A stretch of DNA of 64,000 nucleotides from Oligoflexia bacterium (GCA_963758495.1 CAVWVI010000004.1:704001-768000); one strand, 5' to 3'. Counted from the first letter of the stretch, positions 1 through 9,680 are shown. The notes: generated by a model not told the origin, from the sequence alone. A program made the numbers and translations.

Positions 1-1891
1 CGAATTCACGTAATAATTCAATATCAGCCAGCTCCTGACCATAGTCTACAAAATCCTTAGAATTCACTTTCCAGCGAACGACTCGTACATGAGTGGGTAA
101 AGCATGCGGAATGAATACTCCTAACGATTCGATAATAATCAAAGGTTCATGGGCAGCAACCAAAGATCCTGCCCGAAACAAGACAGCATTCACTCTCCCG
201 GAAATTAAGGAGGAAAGCTTAAAGTTTAAAGACCCATTCATTTTCCTGACACTTTTAAACCAAGACCCAATACGTACAAGCCAACGCAGGTTGCTCGTCG
301 GAAATGCCGAAACTCGTGCAGATACTCCTACTTTGAGTTCAATTTCTCCAGAAACTCCCCTACGTCCTTCTTCGCTCCAAAATGAAGGACCTTCTTTCCA
401 TTTCAAAGATGAACCCAAACTGACTCCAGATTGCTTCCATTGCTCTCCAATAATCCATCGTGAAGTCAAATTTCCATCATCTCCACATTCCGCACAAATC
501 CTCCCAAAACTTTGAATGACTTCCAAAGACGGCTGAGTAGCAGGTAAAAACTCTTCATCTACAAACGCAGTATGAAAAATTTCTTCTTTAACCCATGGGT
601 GACTCAGTAGCTCCGACAAAAATCTCTCATTCGTTTGGAGACTCCCGGAAATCCAAATTTCATTTAAAACCCTTTGTGTGACAGGTAATAATTGCTCGCG
701 ATTTGGCCCAGAAACAAAAAGAACTCCAAGAAGTCCAGATCCAGAAGTAGATACCTTTTGACCTTCCTTACAAGCTAATACTAAATCTGCCTGAGTCTCC
801 TCAATATCCCAATGCCGAATGCTAGAAAGCTCTTGGACTTTTCCAACTTGAGGAAAATGAAAAAGAGAATCCTCCGCATAAATTCTAGCTGAAATACCCG
901 AACTCCATTCTTTCTTCGGTTTAATCGCGGGCATCTTGTGTTTTTGATTCAATTCCAAAGTGGCTAATTGCCAAGAAACGGCAGAAATTCCAGCAACTTT
1001 TTCCAAAAGACCAAAGCCCGTACTCAATCGAGAGAGGCCATCAATCAAAAAGCACTGAGTTCCATCTACTAAAAACTCCAAAGAGCCGACCCCAATGTAA
1101 TTACAATGATCAATAAAGCGAGTAGTCCACTTAATCAATAATTTTTGAACTTCTGGATCCACCCGAATGGCTGGACAAAATTCAACAACCTTACGATAAC
1201 GGCATTGCAAAGAGGCATCTGAAATCGGAAAGATTTGCACACGCCCATCTTTAAACCTCGCAAAGGGCACCACAAGATGCCTAGCACCTTCCAGGTATTT
1301 CACAGGAAAAAGGATGACCTCCCCCAAGTGCTGCCGGAGCTGATTCAGCCATAAAGGCAGCTCTTTCCTGAGTCCAGTCAAATTCTGTACTACAAATAAA
1401 CCGACACTTCCTCCTCCTTGAACTGATTTCAAAATAAATGGAAACGTCTGTCCGCTGTGCCGAATGAATTCCTCAATTTCACGAATCGTATAAAGAGAGT
1501 CAAAACTATTAACTAAATGAGGGATCCCTAATCGTTCGGCATCCAAGAAAAAACTTAACTTATTTCCAAAAGTAAACTGCGCTTTTGGCGACGGGCAAAT
1601 AGGTATTAAGCCCAACTCATGAGCAACATTGACGAACTCAGGCCTTTCAGCCCAGATAGTCGTTCCTGGATGAACCAGGCCATTTCCATTTGAAACAGCC
1701 CAGAACTCTGCTAAAATACTCCGCAATTCTGGCAAAGAGTGGCGATCACCTAGTTTTGGGAGCTTCTTGGGAGTCAGCTCATTTAAAAAAAGCGTGTCAA
1801 ACCCCGCATCTTTCAGCTGTTGTGCAATCATTTGTGCTATTATCGCTTCACCCAGGATGAGCACTTGAGGTGGTTTCAATTTTGTCGCCAT
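1..1891 (-). CDS. Degenerate biotin carboxylase (ATP-grasp) fused to a C-terminal biotinyl-carrier-like domain; 3' end runs off the window
   Basis: Not in the ORF track (no stop in window). Hand translation of segments from ATG 1891: MATKLKPPQVLILGE..., HPGTTIWAERPEF, FPFILKSVQGGGSVG, KYLEGARHLVV, DASLQCRYRKVVEFCP, YIGVGSLEFLVDG, and C-terminal GSLVAAHEPLIIIESLGVF...DFVDYGQELADIE. The N- and C-terminal segments share one frame; not every codon was checked. Confidence 0.8.
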   Translation of the reverse strand, partial: MATKLKPPQVLILGEAIIAQMIAQQLKDAGFDTLFLNELTPKKLPKLGDRHSLPELRSILAEFWAVSNGNGLVHPGTTIWAERPEFVNVAHELGLIPICPSPKAQFTFGNKLSFFLDAERLGIPHLVNSFDSLYTIREIEEFIRHSGQTFPFILKSVQGGGSVGLFVVQNLTGLRKELPLWLNQLRQHLGEVILFPVKYLEGARHLVVPFARFKDGRVQIFPISDASLQCRYRKVVEFCPAIRVDPEVQKLLIKWTTRFIDHCNYIGVGSLEFLVDGTQCFLIDGLSRLSTGFGLLEKVAGISAVSWQLATLELNQKHKMPAIKPKKEWSSGISARIYAEDSLFHFPQVGKVQELSSIRHWDIEETQADLVLACKEGQKVSTSGSGLLGVLFVSGPNREQLLPVTQRVLNEIWISGSLQTNERFLSELLSHPWVKEEIFHTAFVDEEFLPATQPSLEVIQSFGRICAECGDDGNLTSRWIIGEQWKQSGVSLGSSLKWKEGPSFWSEEGRRGVSGEIELKVGVSARVSAFPTSNLRWLVRIGSWFKSVRKMNGSLNFKLSSLISGRVNAVLFRAGSLVAAHEPLIIIESLGVFIPHALPTHVRVVRWKVNSKDFVDYGQELADIELLREF

Positions 1892-1960
1892 ACTTAATAT
1901 AACGCTAAACGTAACGCAGCCTCTAGACAAAGGCCATCCTGTTTAATCTGGGTAACAAAT

Positions 1961-3208
1961 ATGAAAGTTTCAGAACCTCTCTCATTGGCATTCGGATCCG
2001 AGTTTGAAAAACGAATTATAGACTTTGCGGTTGAGCAAGAGCTATTACCCGACTTTAATACTTTTAATTCTCCACGATTCCTTGCCCGATCTATCGTGCC
2101 TCATGTTAAAAAGCTATCAGCGCTTTTTAATCGAGAACAGAAAGATCAAAGCAGTGGCTTGAGCCCCTACTGGAAGGAGAGCTCGAATCCCAACCATCTT
2201 CGTTTAGCTTATTTTCTCTATTTCATGCCTTCCAACTTATTTCGTGTATCAGCAGTGTGGTCCGAGCTCTCACGACTCGGCTTTAAATGGCCAAGCAAGA
2301 ACTTTCGAGCCATTGAGTTTGGAGCAGGTCCTGCTTCAGGAGCTTGTGGCATTGCAGCAGGAGAGCGATATGCTCCCGTTGGACTTCCCAAGGAAGGCAA
2401 CTGGGCACTCATTGAACAAGATAAATCCATGTTAGAGTTAGGATCAAGCTGGGCCGCCAATTATTTCTCCTTTTTGGGCCGTGACACCTGGGATACCAGG
2501 CCCTTCCATCGAAAAATTGATTCGGACCAAGGCTTTTTACCCAGAACCGCACCCAAATTCAATTTATGGCTCATGAGCTATTATTTAAATGAAACTTTGT
2601 CTCCCCCAGAAAAACTGGCTCAAACTCTCATGAGGGACTGGGGTCGTCATCTTGAAGATGAAGGCATTGTGATCATCGTTGAGCCCGCTCTTAAGCTCCA
2701 ATCACGACGCCTTTTAGAACTCCGACGTGAACTCTTGCTAGAAAAAGACAGACAAAAAGCAGATTGGTTTCAAATTCTACTTCCTTGCTTAGGACACCAG
2801 TCTTGTGGAGCCTTAAGCAATCCAGAGGATTGGTGTCACGAAGATGTCAGTTGGTGGCGACCTCCCTATTTTAGAAAAATTGATGCCATGGCTGGACTGG
2901 ATCGTAAAACTCTTCCCTTTAGTTATTTGGTGATCGCTAAATCCCATCGCTCTCGAGAAGAGATTTTACCTGCGTTAGCTCAATCCACTCCTCAAGAACG
3001 CCATAGACTCGTCAGTCCTGCCCATTCCGAAGGTCGAGAATTGGAATTTTTTATCTGTGGACCTGAAGGAAAAAAGCGAGCACGATATAAACCTGAAAAC
3101 GAAGCGGATCCAGCCGCCGAAATCAACCGCGGAAGTATACTATTAGGGTCTGAAATTCGAGGCAATAAAAACTCTGCACGTGTAAGCAAGATCAAAAAAG
3201 TAATCTAA
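1961..3208 (+). CDS. Rsm22-family (small ribosomal subunit) SAM-dependent methyltransferase-like protein
   Basis: SAM motif IEFGAGPASG, IIVEPA, Cys cluster PCLGHQSC...WCH and FSYLVI typical of the Rsm22/METTL17 family. Confidence 0.75.
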   Translation: MKVSEPLSLAFGSEFEKRIIDFAVEQELLPDFNTFNSPRFLARSIVPHVKKLSALFNREQKDQSSGLSPYWKESSNPNHLRLAYFLYFMPSNLFRVSAVWSELSRLGFKWPSKNFRAIEFGAGPASGACGIAAGERYAPVGLPKEGNWALIEQDKSMLELGSSWAANYFSFLGRDTWDTRPFHRKIDSDQGFLPRTAPKFNLWLMSYYLNETLSPPEKLAQTLMRDWGRHLEDEGIVIIVEPALKLQSRRLLELRRELLLEKDRQKADWFQILLPCLGHQSCGALSNPEDWCHEDVSWWRPPYFRKIDAMAGLDRKTLPFSYLVIAKSHRSREEILPALAQSTPQERHRLVSPAHSEGRELEFFICGPEGKKRARYKPENEADPAAEINRGSILLGSEIRGNKNSARVSKIKKVI

Positions 3209-3264
3209 AAAGTAATCTATAGATTGGCCTTGAATTGACGTGCGATTTATTTTAGCTCTAGAGA

Positions 3265-5439
3265 ATGGCTCTCAATTTAAATAAACTGAACACGTGTCAA
3301 CGTGAGGCCGTTCTCTATCCTTCTGGACCTCTCCTTGTTTTAGCTGGCGCAGGCAGCGGTAAAACCAGTACGATGGCCTACCGAATTGCACACCTGATTG
3401 CCGAAAGATATATGCCGGGTTCAGCGATTTTGGGATTGTCTTTTACAAACAAAGCTGCAACCGAACTGAAAGAGCGTGTGACTTCTTTAGTTGCTGGAGC
3501 GGTAGGAAAAAAGGCGAATCGGGGTTTGACGATTACGACTTTTCATAGCTTATGTGCCCGACTTTTGAGAGCTCATGCAGATCGTATTGGTTATCAAACG
3601 AATTTTACGATTTTAGATCAAAATGACCAAACGGATGTTCTTAAGCAAGTATTAAGAAATATTAAAATTGACGAAAGACGTTTTGATCCCTCCATCATTT
3701 TATTTGAGGTCGGTCAGGCGAAAAATCGATTTTTAGGCCCAGCTGAGGCAGAGAATTTTTTTCTGGAATCAGGTCGATTATCTCAGGACTATGCATTAGC
3801 AGCAGCCTCTAGTTTTGGGCGTTATCAAGATCAACTTCGTATTTTAAATGCAATGGATTTTGACGACTTAATCTTCAATACAGTGCAACTTCTCGAAGCT
3901 CATCCGGACATTCGAGATCAGTATAACTACAAATTTAGACATATTTTGGTTGATGAATATCAAGATACTAATCCTGCACAATTTCGAATTTTAAAACTTT
4001 TAACAGAGAAACAGCAAAATCTATGCGTGGTCGGAGATGATGATCAATCCATCTACGCCTGGCGTGGAGCTGATCCTGCTCATATTTTAGAGTTTTCACG
4101 TCATTTTCCCCAGGCCCATACCATTGCGCTCGAACAAAATTATAGAAGTACTTCTCGGATTTTAGAAGCCGCCAATAGCGTGATTGAAAAAAATAAAAAT
4201 CGCTATCCCAAAAAACTATGGTCAGATCGTGGCTTAGGTGAACCTCTGACCGAAGTGGTACTGGAAGAAGATCGAGCCGAGTCCGAATTTGTAGCAGAAG
4301 AAATTCAGAGAAAAGCGACAGACCACAATCGTGCTTGGAAGGACTTTGCGATTCTTTATCGATCGAATGCACAGTCAAGAGTATTTGAAGAAGCACTGAG
4401 AAGACGCGGAATTCCATACAGAATCATAGGCGGGTTATCCTTTTTGGCTCGCAAGGAAGTCAAGGATGTTTTGTCCTACTGGCGATTGATCGCAAATCAT
4501 AAAGACGATGCATCATTGAGAAGAATATTAAACTGGCCTGCTCGCGGAATCGGTAAAACCTCGGTTGAAGCTTTGGGTGGCTATGCGTTTGAGAATGGGC
4601 TTCCTCTTTTTGAGACTCTTTCTAAAGCATCTCAATTAGCACCCAAAACAGCCCATGCAGTAATGGGTTTTCGTGATCTAATAACAAAATTGAGCCAACG
4701 CTTAGATGCTGTTCCCTGTGATCGTGAAGCGATGGCGGCTTGGGCAAAAGAATCCCTAGAGAGCATCCAGGCAAAACGAGCTATTGAAGAAGAGTGTGAT
4801 GATCCCGTCCAAGCCGGTAGAAAATGGGAAAACGTAGAGGAGCTGATCCACTCCATTGGACAATTTAAGTGCGAAGAAGCACCCTTATTAAGTGAAGTAG
4901 AACCCAATACAGATCCAAGTACAAATGAAGAAATATTAGGACTCTCTGGGAAAACTGGTATCCATTTCTTGCGTGAATTTTTAAATCGGATGACATTAGA
5001 AGCGCAAGAGACTGAAAAAGATGAAGATAAAAACGATAAAGACACTCAGAAAAATCAAGTGACCTTACTGACATTGCACGGAGCTAAAGGTCTTGAGTTT
5101 CCCGTCGTATTTCTAGTCGGGGTAGAGGAAGGATTTTTACCTCATCGTCGAACGATAGAAGAAGCAACGGATTTTGGTGAAGAACGACGCCTCTGTTACG
5201 TTGGAATTACTCGGGCCAAAGATCATCTCTTTATCACACGAGCTAAAAATAGAATCCGTTATGGCAAACCTGTGCCCCGCACACCGAGTCGATTCTTAGA
5301 AGAAATTCCTAAAGAATTACTTGTCCGCATAGATCACTCCGGAACTCCAGATTTCGGATCGAAAGAAGCTGAAGCTCAACATGAAGTTCAGGTAAAAAAC
5401 TATTTGGCCGAAATTCGGGCCAATCTATTGAAGAAATAA
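3265..5439 (+). CDS. uvrD: UvrD/PcrA/Rep family ATP-dependent DNA helicase
   Basis: LAGAGSGKT, FTNKAA, LVDEYQDTN, VGDDDQSIYAWRGA, LEQNYRST, TLHGAKGLEF, EERRLCYVGITRA. Confidence 0.95.
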   Translation: MALNLNKLNTCQREAVLYPSGPLLVLAGAGSGKTSTMAYRIAHLIAERYMPGSAILGLSFTNKAATELKERVTSLVAGAVGKKANRGLTITTFHSLCARLLRAHADRIGYQTNFTILDQNDQTDVLKQVLRNIKIDERRFDPSIILFEVGQAKNRFLGPAEAENFFLESGRLSQDYALAAASSFGRYQDQLRILNAMDFDDLIFNTVQLLEAHPDIRDQYNYKFRHILVDEYQDTNPAQFRILKLLTEKQQNLCVVGDDDQSIYAWRGADPAHILEFSRHFPQAHTIALEQNYRSTSRILEAANSVIEKNKNRYPKKLWSDRGLGEPLTEVVLEEDRAESEFVAEEIQRKATDHNRAWKDFAILYRSNAQSRVFEEALRRRGIPYRIIGGLSFLARKEVKDVLSYWRLIANHKDDASLRRILNWPARGIGKTSVEALGGYAFENGLPLFETLSKASQLAPKTAHAVMGFRDLITKLSQRLDAVPCDREAMAAWAKESLESIQAKRAIEEECDDPVQAGRKWENVEELIHSIGQFKCEEAPLLSEVEPNTDPSTNEEILGLSGKTGIHFLREFLNRMTLEAQETEKDEDKNDKDTQKNQVTLLTLHGAKGLEFPVVFLVGVEEGFLPHRRTIEEATDFGEERRLCYVGITRAKDHLFITRAKNRIRYGKPVPRTPSRFLEEIPKELLVRIDHSGTPDFGSKEAEAQHEVQVKNYLAEIRANLLKK

Positions 5440-5566
5440 AAAATGCTTCGCCGCATTATAACAGGCTTGAATAGTTTGATTGTCGATTACAGTATGTGTT
5501 TAATTTATAATTACCTTGACGCTGTTTAGCCTCGCCACGATCCTATTTAAACAGGAGACGAAAAAA

Positions 5567-5758
5567 ATGAGTGGAAAAGAGTTCAAGCCGGGGCAGCAGG
5601 CAGAAGTTTCTGGAGCCTATCGAGTAAATCATGACCAAAATCACATTAACCCTCACGAAATTACGATGATTAAGGGAAATACCTTTCCACCGTGTCCAGG
5701 TTGCATAGGCGTGAAATACACGCTCATTAGAGAGACCATCCACATTTCCTCTAAATAG
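5567..5758 (+). CDS. YjzC-like small protein
   Basis: AGGAG upstream of ATG 5567; FKPGQQAEVSGAY...G.TFPPCPGC pattern. Confidence 0.7.
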   Translation: MSGKEFKPGQQAEVSGAYRVNHDQNHINPHEITMIKGNTFPPCPGCIGVKYTLIRETIHISSK

Positions 5759-5930
5759 GCGCTGAAGTCTAGATTGCCAAAAATAAGATCGAAATGAGGA
5801 AAAAATAAAATCGCTGACATTGATCTTCTTGAAGTCGAGAAGCAAGAATTGGCAAATGCCATCTATAAGGTTTCTACTTTGAATAAGAATCCGTAAATTT
5901 CGCTAGATCCATATCCATGTACCGCTAAAG

Positions 5931-6470
5931 CTAAAGACCGCTTGATATGTCTTTTAAGCCCGGAGTCTTCTCGTATTTAATACCGACTACAGCATGACTG
6001 GGATTTTGTCCAAAATTCTTACTCAGAAAAATTATGTCGTCATCTTTCGTGGTCCAAACTTGTTGGCCTTCTTTCGATAAAGGGTCAGGTTTTCCATACT
6101 TAAGCGTGAGCTGAGTGGAAACTATTTTGAAGATTTCATCACTCTCAGATTTCATCGGTTCAGTGAATGTAAGGTTTTTCAGATCGATCTCTGTACCTTG
6201 CAGAGGAAAAAGAATTTTAACATCCTTCAGCCCTTTTTTGTCAAAGTTGAAGATTACTAACGCAGTCATGAGATTGGCAATCGGCCTTACAATAGCGTAG
6301 CTCCTCTCTCTGTTCTGATTTCTTTTCACTGTGCCACCAGGGTAAAGCGCCCTCACATTGGCCAATGACATTCCCCACTTCGTCTTATCGTAATGAGCAT
6401 TGGCTGGAGACGTACCGAATGTCATAATAGCCATCACGTTTACAGACAACCAAAGAGGAAACTTTCTCAT
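5931..6470 (-). CDS. Hypothetical exported protein
   Basis: 179-aa ORF, GGAG SD, signal peptide ending ANA, KWGMS motif near the mature N-terminus. Confidence 0.7.
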   Translation of the reverse strand: MRKFPLWLSVNVMAIMTFGTSPANAHYDKTKWGMSLANVRALYPGGTVKRNQNRERSYAIVRPIANLMTALVIFNFDKKGLKDVKILFPLQGTEIDLKNLTFTEPMKSESDEIFKIVSTQLTLKYGKPDPLSKEGQQVWTTKDDDIIFLSKNFGQNPSHAVVGIKYEKTPGLKDISSGL

Positions 6471-6701
6471 ACTATCTCCATGCGAACAGAATACTTTATG
6501 TTCATTTTAATCAGAATTTTTTAATTATTATTTAAGTAAGTATTATTCTTCACCGATTTTATCACCCCCTAGGTGCTCAATACGGTCTAATAAAAACTAT
6601 TTTAGCCAGATACTTATACTAAAACAATATTAGTTGATATTAAATTTTCAGTTAATTTAAACTAACTTGAATATTAAATAATGTAATGATAAACAAATCC
6701 G

Positions 6702-8105
6702 ATGAAAAAGGTTTATTTCTTACTTTCGATGACTTTTTTATTTGGACAGAGTCCTTCGTTTGCCTTTGGACCAACAGTGCCAGTAACAGATCCGAGTAAT
6801 CCAAATTATCCACAATGGAGAGCTGAGGAAGATAAACGGCACGATAATTTAAAATTACTTTTAAAGAGCATAGGCACTAGTGTTAAGGATTATTTAGCAA
6901 ATCCTCCCCTAAATCCTTGTAGGGAGTGTATTGATGAATCCTGTAATCAAAAGTTTGCTGATGCTCAAGCAAAAGCTGCCGCACCTAAATTACAGAAATG
7001 TCCATGTAAAGAAGAAATTTGCAATGAAAATTTAGCACGCACTATTTCACGGGGGTTATTAAAAGTCCAGCCCACTCATACCTGTCTTACGGAAGCCGAA
7101 GTAGCTAAACGAGACACCATTAGGCGAGTTCACTTTGTCGTATCAGACCTATTAGCAAAAGCTCCATTAAATACTTGTTCAGGTTGTGCCAATGCTCAAT
7201 GTAATGAAAATTTTGTACAGTCCCAAATAGATGAGGCACTTGCTGCAGGGGTACCTGAATGTCCATGCAACGCCGCAGACTGCATTAGAAATTTACCCAA
7301 AGAAGATATCTTAACTCGCCTCTTAAATAGGCATCCTCTTCATAACACTCTTACTGCAGCTCAAATCGCCCAAGCTCGCCTTACGAAAGCTCAATCGGCT
7401 CTGGATGCTGCGGAGGCTCAAGCTGCTGAAGCACTTAAAACAGCTATAGCTATTCAGAATGATCCTCATGCTACTGCCCCTAAAATTACTTTAGCTCTAA
7501 CAATTCTAGAGTCGGCTAATACTGCTGTAGAAAACGCCAAAGCTTCAGTAGCTCAGGCTGCTCAAGCTGTGCATGCAGCCGAAGCCGCACAGACTTGCTT
7601 TCCAGGTGAAACTCTTATTAGCATAAAAGATGATAGCTTAGAGGGGAATCATTCGAAGCCGATTGATTCTATTCAGGTGGGTGATTCTGTTATGAGTTGC
7701 AATCTGAAAGAGGGCATAGAAGCTTGTGAGTTCCGAAAAGTCGAAGGTCTTATTCAAACCCATACTGATCATTTGATCAGACTCTCTTTTGGCGGAGAAA
7801 TATTGAGAGCTACAGATCAACATCCTTTCTATGTTGTTAATAAAAAGGGTTGGTTTAAAGCATGTGATCTCCAAGTAGGAGATCAGCTAGTGACAGGATC
7901 AGGGGAGATTTTTACAGTTGATGAAGTCAATAAAGAGTATGGCACTTTCAAAGTCTATAATTTAAATATTGAAGGACTTCATAATTATTATGCATCAAAT
8001 ATTTTAGTTCATGATTGCACAGTCGTTAAAGGGGAGTCACCAATAAAAGAAGTAGTCACGAGTGTTGGTGAAAATACTGTAAATTTCCAGAATATGACTG
8101 AATAG
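6702..8105 (+). CDS. Secreted polymorphic-toxin-like protein: signal peptide, two Cys-rich repeats, Ala-rich helical linker, pretoxin Hint domain, short tail
   Basis: Signal ...SPSFA; Hint from CFPGETLI (7596) via ATDQHPFY...GW..A.DL.VGD.L to VYNLNIEGLHNYYASNILVHDC (8018). Confidence 0.85.
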   Translation: MKKVYFLLSMTFLFGQSPSFAFGPTVPVTDPSNPNYPQWRAEEDKRHDNLKLLLKSIGTSVKDYLANPPLNPCRECIDESCNQKFADAQAKAAAPKLQKCPCKEEICNENLARTISRGLLKVQPTHTCLTEAEVAKRDTIRRVHFVVSDLLAKAPLNTCSGCANAQCNENFVQSQIDEALAAGVPECPCNAADCIRNLPKEDILTRLLNRHPLHNTLTAAQIAQARLTKAQSALDAAEAQAAEALKTAIAIQNDPHATAPKITLALTILESANTAVENAKASVAQAAQAVHAAEAAQTCFPGETLISIKDDSLEGNHSKPIDSIQVGDSVMSCNLKEGIEACEFRKVEGLIQTHTDHLIRLSFGGEILRATDQHPFYVVNKKGWFKACDLQVGDQLVTGSGEIFTVDEVNKEYGTFKVYNLNIEGLHNYYASNILVHDCTVVKGESPIKEVVTSVGENTVNFQNMTE

Positions 8106-8185
8106 TTCGATCCCAGCTTATTTAAGCATTTAAAGAATGGACGTGCAGTTCGTCTCTGTGAATAACTGGGTTCGATTGTACATAT

Positions 8186-9302
8186 ATGAAGATGAATAAA
8201 ATATTGAATCTATTAATAGGCTTCATTTTGATAACTCAATCAGCACCTGCTGGGGCGATGTATAAGTCAGCAACATGGGTTCCTTATGATGGGAATCCCG
8301 GCGATACCTCTGGGCAACGTCACGGAGGCCACTGGAAACCAGATTTAGGTCCAACCCCAAGAGGAGGTAGTTCCACTACTACACAAAGCACTACACCTCC
8401 TTTGACTATGGAAAATTGGGGAAAGTTCTGGAATGGTGGTCGAAATCCAGTTCCAACAACAGTCAGATCTGCTCCCCATTCAACAGTATCTGCAAAGCCG
8501 CAACCTAATCAAAACGCAGAAAAAAAAGCTGCGGAAAAAGCTGCTACTGAGAAAGCAGTACTTGAGCGGGTTGCTGCCGAGACAGCTGCTCTCGATCAGG
8601 CGATGAATCAAAGTTTAAAGAGTGTTACGGATCGAGCTTTTAATCGAATTCAAAATCGATTCAGCTTATTTAGAGAGATCTCAGAGCCACGAATAACCAT
8701 CGGTTTTATGTAGTGGATGAAAGAGGTTGGGTCGAAGCGCTTCGTGCCTAGGAATGCATTATCATTCTATCATAAATACTGAAATTGAAGAGGGTGACTT
8801 CACTGTTTATAATCTAGACGTTGAAGGTAACCATAATTATTACGCCCGCAATGTTTTAGTACATAATTGTAATCCGCTTGCCGCGGGAACAGTTGCCTCA
8901 GCAGTTCCGGGTGTAGCGGCAGCAGTAGTTGAGGGAGCCGTTTTTGGAGCAATGGCAGGCCCCGCCGCTCTTGTTGGATCTGCTGCGGTTCTGGGGTATG
9001 CTCTTCATGAAGCTACTAAAGCCGCTGGGGTTGATGGGGGTTCTCCTATGAGACCTCCAGTCAATGGAGAATCTTCTAAAAAGCTCTCTGAAGTCATAGA
9101 AAATTTTCTTGGTGAAAGCCCTGTGGTAAAAACTAACAAAAAAGGAGATAAAATTTTTATCTCCGCAGATGGTCAAAGAAAAGTGAGAGCCGATATCAAG
9201 CATTCTCATGGAGATAAGCCACACATACACGTCGAGACCAAGAATCCCAAGGGTGAATGGGTGGACGCTACTGACCAGCATAGATTCTATCCAGGACAAT
9301 AA
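8186..9302 (+). pseudogene. Second signal-peptide Hint toxin gene split over three reading frames; C-terminal His-rich toxin-like domain intact
   Basis: 8186-8713 gives a signal peptide and Ala/Lys-rich linker; 8674-8751 in another frame reads RDLRATNNHRFYVVDERGWVEA; 8727-9302 reads VYNLDVEGNHNYYARNVLVHNC then ...RKVRADIKHSHGDKPHIHVE. Confidence 0.75.
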
Positions 9303-9304
9303 TT

Positions 9305-9505
9305 ATGAATAAATACTCAAATCAAACTGATAAGTACGATGCTATAATTGAAGAAGACGAGTCTGTTGGTTTTTATCTTTATATTTATGATAAAAATACA
9401 AACAAATGCTTATTTGACTTTTTGCAGGATACCTTGGAAATTGCTAAAGCCCAGGCACAACGTGATTTTTCCTTCGATCCTCAAAATTGGATAAAAGTCG
9501 GCTAA
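9305..9505 (+). CDS. Putative immunity protein
   Basis: 66-aa acidic/aromatic ORF starting 2 nt after the toxin-domain stop; GFYLYIY...DFLQDTLEIAKAQAQRDF...W. Confidence 0.65.
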   Translation: MNKYSNQTDKYDAIIEEDESVGFYLYIYDKNTNKCLFDFLQDTLEIAKAQAQRDFSFDPQNWIKVG

Positions 9506-9540
9506 TCTTGGAAAATCCACTTCGCTGAATTGAAAATTCG

Positions 9541-9680
9541 ATTCACACAGTCTCCTATTCGAGGTACGTTCCTTAGAACGCCCTCAGCTTACTAGCTTCG
9601 CTTGAATCAAAATTTCACGCCCCATTTTGCAGGACGTATTCTTATTAGAATACATAATCACCCGTCGGGGTCGTGAAAAG
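9541..9680 (-). ncRNA. Candidate IS110/IS1111 bridge (seek) RNA downstream of the transposase
   Basis: Two consecutive stem/internal-loop/stem hairpins on the minus strand: TTTCACGACCCC..GTATTCT-AATA-AGAATAC..GGGGCGTGAAA and ATTCA..GAGGGCGTTC-TAAG-GAACGTACCTC..TGAAT. Confidence 0.55.

Noticed and set aside
93..515. 140-aa plus-strand ORF
   Set aside because: Antisense shadow of the biotin-carboxylase-like gene.
7596..8018. Classical intein in a housekeeping gene
   Set aside because: No homing endonuclease or conserved host extein; context and the HNYY...VH[ND]C ending fit a pretoxin Hint.
9267..9290. ATDQHRFY at the toxin C-terminus resembling Hint block B (ATDQHPFY) of gene 6702
   Set aside because: Only 8 aa, codons differ at several positions and flanks do not align; treated as coincidence.
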